DNA from: Psammoneis japonica
Taxonomy: Eukaryota
Direction of reading: 5' to 3'
NCBI GenBank assembly: GCA_008632985.1
Contig: QPGO01000011.1
Location: forward strand, 248,001-312,000
DNA: 64,000 nt
The first letter of the stretch is position 1; each line of letters begins with the position of its first letter. The notes below the pieces were generated by a model, which was not told where the DNA came from, searched no databases, and saw only the letters and a list, made by a program, of their open reading frames with translations. Below are positions 26,216 to 36,700 of the stretch, in pieces. The position numbers were made by a program, and so were the translations under genes.

Positions 26216-26611
26216 CATTGCGCGAAACATCTCCGCGCCTTTGGCACCACACCAGACACGCCCCTCGGTGTGTGCTTGCATGACAACACCTGGTGCCGTG
26301 TCTCTCCCGCCAACATTGCCAGCATCCTGCGCACCGCAATTCTGGCAATCGGCCCCGCTACGCTGGGTTTCACACCCGCCGATGTCTCCGCTTGCTGTTT
26401 GCGCGTGGCTGGTGCCGTGGCCCTCCCATGTGCCCATGTTGACACCGACGTGATCCGCCTCTCAGGCCGATGGTGCTCCGACAAGATGCTTCGTTGCCTC
26501 CACTTGCAAGCAGAACCTGTCATGCGCAATTTCGCAACCCGCATGTTGGCTGGCGGCCAATTTGTCCTGCACCCCAATGCCGACGTGCCCCTTGCTGCCG
26601 CCGACCCGTGA
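26215..26611 (+). pseudogene. Tyrosine recombinase C-terminal fragment
   Basis: VSACCLRVAGAVAL...IRLSGRWCSDKMLRCLH corresponds to the SLRxGGA...GRWxSD..xxY boxes. The N-terminal part is absent. Confidence 0.85.
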
Positions 26612-26709
26612 TTCCATCACAGGCCACGCCTCAGCCTTCCAGCCGGGCCCACCCACCCACCCAATTGCACCGCCACTGCCCACACCAGTGTACATGGGTG
26701 GTGCCAGAA

Positions 26710-26843
26710 TGGCCATGCCATTCCAGCTTGGGAATGGAAAGGGACCAACTGCACTGGCAAAGTCCTCCCATCCCTGCCAATTGCCTGTCTCTAGAATCAG
26801 ATCACCGCAAGAAGTCGTGCGAGCAAAGCGACGCCAGTCGCTG
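26710..26843 (+). repeat. Split direct repeat B1
   Basis: 134 bp, matches 27041-27174. Confidence 0.95.
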
Positions 26844-27022
26844 GCCTCGTAAAGACCGACAAGGGGAGACATGACCTCATTGCCCATTGATGACGCACCG
26901 GGAAGTCACCCCCCGCTCTGCCTCCATTGAACGCGTCCAAGTTGGCGTCTGGAAGCAAGCTGCTGTTGCTCATTCTTCCGAAGAGCTTTGGCAGCAAGCC
27001 GAACAGACAGTCTAAAAGCGCT
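26844..27022 (+). repeat. Split direct repeat A2
   Basis: Matches 21612-21788. Confidence 0.95.
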
Positions 27023-27040
27023 CCCACCTCTCCCTCCCTC

Positions 27041-27174
27041 TGGCCACACTGTTCCAGCTTGGGAATGGAAAGGGATCAACTACGCCAGTAAAGTCCTCCC
27101 ATCCCTGCTAATTACCTGTCTCTAGAATCAGATCACCGCAAGAAGTCGTACGAGCAAAGCGACGCCAGTCGCTG
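27041..27174 (+). repeat. Split direct repeat B2
   Basis: Matches 26710-26843 but retains its TpA sites. Confidence 0.95.
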
Positions 27175-27220
27175 ATCAGCAAATTGAGAAGGGCAACCTT
27201 GGAGTGCAGCTGCCCGACTG
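27175..27220 (+). mobile_element. Continuation of the interrupted Copia RNase H, then truncated
   Basis: (g)at cag caa att gag aag ggc aac ctt gga gtg...tgc ccg act = DQQIEKGNLGV..CPT, which continues FFVT from 21610. Confidence 0.85.
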
Positions 27221-27482
27221 TGACAACACACATGTCTACTGGGGCCCTGGTACTCCTTCTACGTACGTAAATTTGGTTTTCCGGAGTTCTTTTGCGGGGT
27301 AACCTCTTACTTGCAAGAAGGAAAAAAAAGCGCTGGCGCAGATCAGATAGACCCGAGACCGTCACAATGGCGCTAGCATCTCTCTAGAGAGTCAAAACGA
27401 TTGTGCCCTTGAGATTAATGGAAGCATTCTGAAAGCCTTTGACCACATCAGATATTTTAGAGCTGCGCCCTCTAGAGCTCGA

Positions 27483-28450
27483 ATGGGAATGAACGCCTTG
27501 CTTGCCCGAGCAGTTGCCGTTATTTCCTCCACTCCAGTAATGGTACAGAATGAACGAATCACACTGTACTTTTACGGCCTCTGGATGGGCTCTGCATACT
27601 GCCTCGCAATGCTGGCAGCTCTCTTTCACCTTGTGCATCATTTCGACACCCAAACTGTGCAAGAATATCTTTGGGTTATGACTCAGTACGTATTTCCTGG
27701 TGCTGTTCTGGGCGCAAGACTCTGTTCTTGGTTTCTTGAGGATAATTTGAAAGTCTCCAAACTATTTCGTTCTGGTTTCTGGTGGCATGGAGGATTGGTG
27801 GGTACACTGCTTGGAATGTCCATTGGTTGTGCATTTCATGAAGTGCACGTGGTTCCAATACTTGATGGCTTTGGGTTGGCCATACCCGCGTTTGAAATCT
27901 TCAATCGCCTTGGATGTCTATCATATGGCTGTTGTTGGGGACGGGCCGTACATGCCTCTCATCCACACGCCATTCGGTTTGACAATCCACGATCTTGTAT
28001 TCATCGAAAGAATTCTAATGTCAAAGACGAGTGGCTTTATCCCGTCCAGGTGTATGCAGTTATTCTTCGTTCCTGCAACTCTTGATACTATGGCCTCTGG
28101 TGTGGACAATAAGGCAACGTGGCGTGCTGTTATTCTTGGGTATGACTAGTAGTTCCGTTGTTCGTTTAGTTTGTGAAAAGTACCGAGGAGATTTTCGGGG
28201 CAATGGAGTAATCTCCACCAAGATCTTTTGCGTTGGTCAAGTACTGATAGCAGTCCTTTACTATGCGTTTTCACAAGGTGGTTACAACGATCTGCCATCA
28301 ATAGATGGTACCGTCACTTTGGCAATAAGTAGTCTGATGCAGCTCGTACTGGTAAACAAGCTACGGTTCGGGCTGGTGTTTGTGTCAGCCATGCTTGCCT
28401 ATGGATCTGAGTGGTCGCAAACAACCATGACCAGTGTCCCTGCTAAGTAG
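27483..28450 (+). CDS. Prolipoprotein diacylglyceryl transferase (Lgt)-family membrane protein
   Basis: FYGLWM, GAVLGARL, GFWWHGGLVG, FNRLGCLSYGCCWGR, YPVQVY and VRLVCEKYRGD. One frameshift near 28060. The start may lie upstream (ATG at 27367 if frameshifted). Confidence 0.85.
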
Positions 28451-28569
28451 ATCGATGGAAGCCTCACGTTTCGATGGGAATGAAAAGAAAGTTCATTCAT
28501 CTTTTAACTAATATCTAAACCACGAGTCTCACTGAGGGCGGACGAGTGCTCTCAAAGCGCGTTTGATAA

Positions 28570-30760
28570 TCATACTATAGTAAACGAGGCCCAGAAAGAG
28601 GGCACTACTTCAAGGACCATGATGGTCTCGACATCCTCACAGTAGCCAATCCATTCCATTGGGCTTCCACCATACACCTCGTCTTCTGAAAGGCGTTCTC
28701 CGGGCATCACCTGAGTCATTGGTATGACCTTCACATTGTTGCCAACTTGACATCCTGGAAGTAACACGGATCGAAATCCTATCCGGCAGTTCTCTCCAAC
28801 CGAGATTGGCTGAAATTCAAGCTTTCCATTCTGAAACGAATGGCCGAGTATCGTCACCTCGTCCTGTATGACAGTATGTTTTTTCACCGTCAAAAGATCC
28901 GCTTCTATCACTAGTGCTGAAGATGACACTGCAGTACCAGACTCTATGTTTGCTCCAAAGGAGTTCCAAATGCAACGGGTGAGCCAAAAATCATTGATAA
29001 CCTGAAGTGCCACCCTGGTGGAAATTGAAATAAGAATGCTGGCTGCCATCCACCGGAGTATGCCCATGCTAAAAAACTCGGCGCTTGGGGCATTAGTAAA
29101 CTTCCCAATGACTACCCACTTAATAAGCCAGCCGACAAACAGCAAAGCTACCCACACGCCGCTTAAAGAAGCAAGCATGACTCCGCAGAAAACTAGGAAT
29201 CCATTGCCAACAACCAAGTAAAGCACTCCGCACACTCCAAGGAGCAGTGCTCTCGTCAAATAAGCGTAAGGAACAAAGATCAACACCATTTCCAGAGCAG
29301 TGAAAAGCCATTTTCTGACCGCCGAAACTGATGCGACATTCAAAGTGCCCTCTTTTCGCCTCGAATGGCTTTTCAGCGGAGGATTTCCAAAAGTCAGGCA
29401 GTTCTCTTCGACTGCTCCCTCAACAACGGTTCCTGCCCCGACTGTGACATTATCTGATAAAGTCGACCCCTCCTTCAACACGGAGCGGTCAAGCACAAAC
29501 GAATTTGAGCCGATACTTGTCTCTTCAAATGTTGCAATGCCATTGCAGTCTACACTGAAGCTGCGAATGACAACGCCATTTGCCATGAAAGTGCCGCTTC
29601 CTGAGACAAACAAATCTGGTTCGTCCGACACGGCTGCAAAGCTATCACACAGTGATGCCGTACGTGCACCAAGGCACCACATCACTGTCCTTCTCAGGAA
29701 GCCAACCTGGGGGCAGGTACGTTCCTTGCAAGCTGTAGTGCCAACCAACGTCTTGCAAATTCTGTCGACAAGACATGACAACATCCGGGTCGAGCGCGGC
29801 CGAAGAGAAGAACCCGACGTAATGCCCACACAACAGCACAAGCAACTAGAGCACCAAGCATGACCCAGACTGGTGACAAAGCGACATATAAAGCTGCAAA
29901 CAAAATGAGATTGGATCCAATTGAATCATACAGAACCTTGACTGCAACAAGGTACACCAAAAGGGTTGCAAGGACAGGGATTAGCATCACAAATGGAGTC
30001 GCCCATCGTAGGACTAATCCAAAGACCTCAGATCTTTTTTCTCCACTTGATAGATGGTCAGTAACTAGTTCCTTTTTCTGCATGAGAGTACCGAAAACCT
30101 TGCATTTCGGTCCAACATGTGCATCTCTCGGCACATAGGTGAGTGGCCCGACTTCTGCGTGCTTGCCAACTGAACTATTCATCCCCAAAACCGCTCGAGG
30201 TTGGACTATGCTTCCATCGCCAAGAGATATACGTCCAGATTCGATTCTTGATGGCAGTTCCTCCATGCATCTCAAGGCTACACTTGATGAAATGTAACAG
30301 TTCGATCCGATCGAAACATGACAAGGATTTCGCAGGCAATTCTCCTCTACGAAAACGTGGCGTCCTATCTTTGCCCCGAAAGCCCGATAAAAACATGGGA
30401 GCCATGGTGTGCCGCCAATGAACGAGCCATGAATGGCATCAGTCAGTAGCCAGAGCCTATCAAAGATATACCATCGGTATGCAGAGAACGAGGAGGAACT
30501 CACAGTTCCTTCCTCGACATTTCTGATCAGAACTAGCTTTGAGCTCAGCGTCAACGCCAAGAGCAAAAGATAAAACGAACCGATTCCGGCTACGACATAT
30601 CCAAAGAGGCTCCCCAGTGTGCTGAAGCGACCTGCGCTGGTCAGCAAAGAAACGAAGGGAAAGAAATGATGCAAAGTAGCAGTGCAACGGATATGACTGC
30701 AGCCAACTTTAGAAGAAGAACATGGAAGCAGTTGCCTTGAACCTCAACATTAAGTCCGTC
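28570..30760 (-). other. NRPS terminal domain: transmembrane segments alternating with three left-handed beta-helix repeats, epsilon-poly-lysine synthetase (Pls)-like
   Basis: [45 protein letters not shown] and [34 protein letters not shown], separated by hydrophobic helices. Confidence 0.8.
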
Positions 30761-33700
30761 AGCAGTCGAATACAGAGGCGTCTGGATTTGTGCTGCATAC
30801 CGGTGGGCTGTGCTCAGCCGTTGTGTGATGGTTGTAGATAGTCGACGACAAGTACGCATTCATACACATCACGCACAGACAACTTGTCCTGTGACAAACC
30901 TGATTCCCGTGCTTTCGACACAAACTGCGCAATGGTAAGGGAGTTCGCCCCTAGCGACTCAATAATATCCGCTGTCACCGATACAGTTTCTGATGGAATT
31001 TCCAATACTCCCGATATTATCTCAACATGTCGAGCTTCCATCTCATTTGAAGGTGCCACGTATTCTTCCTCAGATGAACCTGCCAGAAGGGGATCGAGAA
31101 TCATCCCCAAAAGCGCTTTCTCGTCCACTTTGCCATTTGAATCCAAGGGCATCGCATCGACAACTTTTACTTTCGATGGAATCATGTAGTCCACCAGCAT
31201 GCGACGGCACCATGTCGTCAGATCGGAGCTCTCCGCCTTTCTTGACCCAATGAGGTAACGAACGCAACCAGCCGAGACCGAGGCTCGTCCAACAACACAA
31301 CAGCACGGTCCACATCTTCGTGTCTCTCCAGTACGGACGATACTTCGCCAAGCTCGACTCGGTATCCTCGCAACTTGACATATGACGCCTTGGACTTAAC
31401 TCGGCCCACAAAATCCAATAACCCATTCGGCAACACGCGGACGAGGTCTCCTGTTTGGTACAGGCGATCGAAGGCACTTTTCCTGCCATCCTGCGTTCCA
31501 TGACTGGACTCGACGGGGAAGAATGGGTTGGGTGCAAAGCTTGCTTGAGTCTCTTCTGGTCGATTGCAGTAACCTCTCGCGAGGGCGACACCACTGATAT
31601 AAAGTTCGCCGATAACTCCAATGGGAACTTGATTCATGTCATTGTCAAGAACATGCAGCTTGACATTAGCAATTGGGCGCCCGAGACTAACACAGGAGGA
31701 GCCTTGCATGTTATGGACGTTGGAGGGCCTCTGCCGTTGGAAAGGTTGAAGTTACGGTCACCGTGGTTTCTGTTGGCCCGTACGTATTGTGAACTTCAAT
31801 ATCTGGCATCGACGTTGTTAGCTGCCTAAATCGCTTGCTCGAAAATCTGTCCCCACCACATACGAAACTTGGGTAGGAACCACTTGGTTGTATTTCGAGT
31901 CCATCCAACAGCCCTGGCGAACAGAAGAGAAGCGAAACATTCATTGCCAAAACTAGCTCTCTCACATTGCTGATTAGGTCACGAGCAAGTGCTGGAGGTA
32001 CTAAACAAAGACATCCGCCAGATCCAAGAGCATACAACATCGTCTGAACGGAAACATCCCATGTGAGGCGCGATGTCAATAGCAAATTGTCGCTACTGCC
32101 CCCTTGGCCGATTCGCCCAGGATATGCACCAAGAAAATAACAACCAAGATTGGCAACAGATCTGTGCTCGATTTCAACACCCTTTGGCCGGCCTGTGCTC
32201 CCCGATGTGAACAAAACGTAGCACAAGTTGTCCAGCCCAACCTCCACGCCCCTTGGACGATGCGAAGACTTGCCATCTAAACCTGCGTCTTCAATGGCAA
32301 ACGCATGCCTCTCGAGGCGTCTGTGCAGGTCGTCTACTCTACTGCTCACGCAAACACTAATGTTGGCATCCTCCACAATACTCGCAATTCTCCCATCGGG
32401 ATAGTCATCATCCATGGGGACGTAGGCAGCTCCAGCCTTGAGGATGCCCAAAACAGCAATGATCTGGTCAAAGCCACGTGGGAGCAAAATTCCGACACAC
32501 TCCTCCACCTGAACATCGCAGTCCTCTAACAAGTAGTGCGCCAGCTGGTTAGCTCGGGCGTCAACTTCCTGGTATGTCATGGTCTCATCCATCATGCGAA
32601 GTGCGACCGAGTCCGGTACACGATCTACCGTAGCCTCAAAGAACTCGTGCATCAGTGGCCACTTCTTCCAGTCCACTACTTGACCAGTAAGGGCCTTTTG
32701 TAAAAACTGCTCCTCCGCAGCAGGTAGCGCCAGGGCATCGCTCACTGACCCGCATAGCTCTCTCCCTTCCTGCGTTATTACTTCTAGTGCCTTGAGGTAG
32801 GAAGCCAAGAAGCGCTCGGCCGATTCTTCACCCCAGATACTTCGCTTGACACAAATCGATATCGAGCACTTAGTTACGGTGCACTCAATATCGAACTTTG
32901 GTGGCAACATGCTTTGCTCCCACATCATGTCAGAAGGCTCGAAAAGACCCCCTTCGCTGAACGCTGTGTTCATAGGAGGACCTGCCTTGCTCATGTCGTA
33001 GTTGAGTAATGCTTGGAACACGCCTCCTTGCCCCTGTCCCGGCACCTTGGATGACACCACATCAAATGGCACGTCAGCGTGGTCGAGTGCTTCCTGCCAC
33101 AGTGCCCAACGGTCCTCCATCAGTGACACCAGATCCATTTGGTTAATTTCGCCACGTAACCGCAGAGCTATGGTGTTCACGAACATCCCAATCATAGATG
33201 GACTATCCACGTACCCTCGTTCTGCAACTAGGAGGCCAACAACCAAGTCATTCTGGCCGCTGTATCGCTTTAATTGGATTTCCAAGGCACACAAGCACAT
33301 CACGACTGGCGACAATTTCAGCTGAAATGCGGTTTTCTGCAATGACTTCATGAGAGGAGTACTGAATGGCCGAGATACAACCACACATCCAGTCTCATTC
33401 CTACCAGACATTAGGCCTCCTGCTGCAGATGAAGGCTGGATATCTTTTGAGAGACTTAGCATGGGGAGAGGCTCACCATCCACTTCAACGCCAAGGTGGT
33501 CGATCCAGAAGGATGCATCTGCAGGCCCGTTCTCCATTTCGTCACGGAACTGTGCCCATGACCAGTCAACGTAGTCAGACGCCAAAGTGGGCAATGTATT
33601 AGTGTCTTCATACAATTCCGCCAACTGCTTCACGAACGGTTCCACACTTCCGCCGTCGAAGCCGATGTGATGAAATACCAACAGCAATTCGGAAGAAGAA

Positions 33701-36700
33701 GGTAGAAAGTATGCTCGCAACGAGCATTCTGTCGCCAGATCAAAGGGCACAAACATCAATCTCTTTAGCTGCTCGGCATAACCTTCTCGGGTGCCCATGC
33801 CATCCAACACTTCGATCTTGAACTCATCTGCTAAACTGGCATCAACAACACCAATCGTTGACGTTTCACAAGTTGGATCACCCACATATTTCGTACAAAG
33901 CACTCGATGTACCTTTAGCATCGCACGTGTGGCACACTCTAACCTATCGATATTAACCCCATCACGCACTCGTAAGAGGTGAGGAATGTTATATGCCCCG
34001 CTCTTAGGATCCATGAATTGAGCCAGCAACAGTCGCTGCTGCGCGTGTGTCAGTGGATAAGCTACCTCGCTGCTATCCTCGGCGGCTTCGAAATCGTACT
34101 TCGACTGAGCCAGGCGAGCCAAGAATGATGGGTGCTTCCGCAATGCCGAAACCTCCTCCGGAGATAACACACAAGAAGAAAGTCGACGCGGGACATATTC
34201 ATTCCTGAAGGACAGCATGGACTGTTGTTTCTCTCGCCAAGTAAGCAACATTGCAATCTGATGTACCGTTGGTGACTCATAAACATCCTTGATCGACAGG
34301 GAGGCAAACGAGCCTCCAAACTGCCTCGTTTCAGATACAAACTGTGCAATCACAAGGGAGTTCGCGCCCAAAGTACCAAAAGCATTTGCAGAAACCGAAA
34401 CGGTCTCGGACGGAATAGCTAAAACCTTTGCAAACGCTTGAACAAGCTGAATCTCCATCGCGTTCGAAGGTGCCAAGTATTCTTCTTCCTCGGATTGGGA
34501 TGCACCTGCCAATAGGGGATCGAGAATCATCCCCAAAAGCGCTTTCTCGTCCACTTTGCCATTTGAATCCAAGGGTATCGCGTCCAAAACCGCTACTTTC
34601 GATGGAATCATGTAGTCCACCAGCATGCGACGGCACCATGTCGTCAGATCGGAGCTCTCCGCCTTTCTTGACCCAGATGAGGTAACGAATGCAACCAGTC
34701 GAGATCGAGGCTCATCCAACACACAACAGCACGGTCCACATCTTCGTGTCTCTCCAGTACGGACGATACTTCGCCAAGCTCGACTCGGTATCCTCGCAAC
34801 TTGACATATGACGCCTTGGACTTGACTCGCCCACAAAATCTAATAACCCATTCGGCAACACGCGGACGAGGTCTCCTGTTTGGTATAGATGGTCTTGTGT
34901 AAGTCTGTGACCAATGTCGCCATTGCATTCAATGAATGGATTCTGTGTAAAACTTGCAGAAGTTTCTTTCGGACGATTCCGATAGCCTCTCGCGAGGGCG
35001 ACACCACTGATATAAAGTTCGCCGATAACTCCAATGGGAACTTGATTCATGTTTGTGTCCAGCACGTAGAGTTGAACATTGGGGATGGGGCGCCCGATAG
35101 GTACGGCAGAACCACTTTCCTTACTTAGTAACAATCCTTCATCATCGTAGAATGTCTGCGTCACGTTGACGGTTGCCTCAGTTTGGCCATATACATTGAA
35201 CACGTGGCTTCCTAATGACCGGAACAGAGCAATCGTATCTTTACTCAGCACGTCGCCTCCGACAACGGCGCACGGGCACTTTGGCAGACTTTCGGGGTCG
35301 AGTCCATGAAGTAGTGAAGGCGCCGAAACTATCAAGGTAACATCCATGGAACGTACAAGTTCATTGATATAGCCAACAAGATTTGGGGCGAACTTTGGTG
35401 GAACCAAGCAGAGAGAGCCACCAGATACAAGTGGATAGAGCATCGTGTCCACAGACCCATCCCACGAAAGGCGCGAGGAAAAAAGGACACGGTCGGTTAT
35501 GGTGCCCAAGCAAGCAGAGCGTTGAGAGATTACACAACCGAAATTGGCAACAGATCTGTGCTCGATTTCAACACCCTTTGGCCGGCCTGTGCTCCCCGAT
35601 GTAAACAAAACGTAGCACAAGTTGTCCAGCCCAACCTCCACGCCCCTTGGACGATGCAAAGACTTGCCATCTAAACCTGCGTCTTCAATGGCAAACGCAT
35701 GCTTCTCGAGGCGTCTGTACAGGTCGTCTACTCTACTGCTCACGCAAACACTAATGTTGGCATCCTCCACAATACTCGCGATTCTCCCATCGGGATAGTC
35801 ATCGTCCATGGGGACGTAGGCAGCTCCAGCTTTGAGGATGCCCAAAACAGCAATGATCTGGTCAAAGCCACGTGGGAGCAAAATTCCGACACACTCCTCC
35901 ACCTGAACATCGCAGTCCTCCAACAAGTAGTGCGCCAGCTGGTTAGCTCGGGCTTCAACTTCCTGGTATGTCATGGTCTCATCCATCATGCGAAGTGCGA
36001 CCGAGTCCGGTGCACTATCTGCCGTAGCCTCAAAGAACTCGTGCATCAGTGGCCACTTCTTCCAGTCCACCACTTGACCAGTAAGGGCATTCTCGAGGAA
36101 AAGTTTGGATTGTTCCGGAATGATAGTCAGATCTTTTGCAGGCTTATCCAAGGCGCCAGGTGCAGTCATGCTGCGAAGCACCTGGAAGAAGGACGAGAGG
36201 AAGCCTTCTGCAAAAGACTGACTCCAAATCATTTTGTGGACCAAGAGCTTGAACCGGTCCTTATCTCGTTCGAGTACGATGTCAAAATGAGAAAAGGCTG
36301 GATCGAACGTTTCATTGACACAGGAAGCAATCTCTAAGTCTGCCGTGGTTTCTCGAATGTTTGTGACGTAGTTGAAGATGGCTTGGTATACTCCCTGACA
36401 CCTCTTTCCTTTTTCAGCCACCACGTCAAAAGGCACATCTGAATGTTTTCGCGCAGATGTCCAAAGGAGAGAGCGCTGGTGCAGTAGATCTTTCAGTGTA
36501 AGACAGCCGCAGTCGCCCTCCAAGAGCAAAGCGAGAGTGTTCACAAACATTCCGACTGTTTTTTCAAACACATTCGCGTGTCCTCGTACGGTGACGGGAA
36601 TCCCAACGACGATGTCATCTTGTCCCGTGTACCTCTTAAGTACAATTTCGTAGGCAATCAAGTAAATAAGAAATGGAAAAGTGTCAAACCGAATTGCCAT

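Larger units (their letters stand above)
21612..27174 (+). mobile_element. Ngaro/PAT-type tyrosine-recombinase retrotransposon (DIRS order) with split direct repeats, internally deleted
   Basis: A1-ORFs-B1-A2-B2 repeat layout, with gag-like, RT, RNase H and YR C-terminal remnants. Confidence 0.92.

Noticed and set aside
16300..27174. Fungal-type RIP
   Set aside because: RIP turns CpA into TpA and enriches TA. Here TA is removed and CA/TG accumulate.
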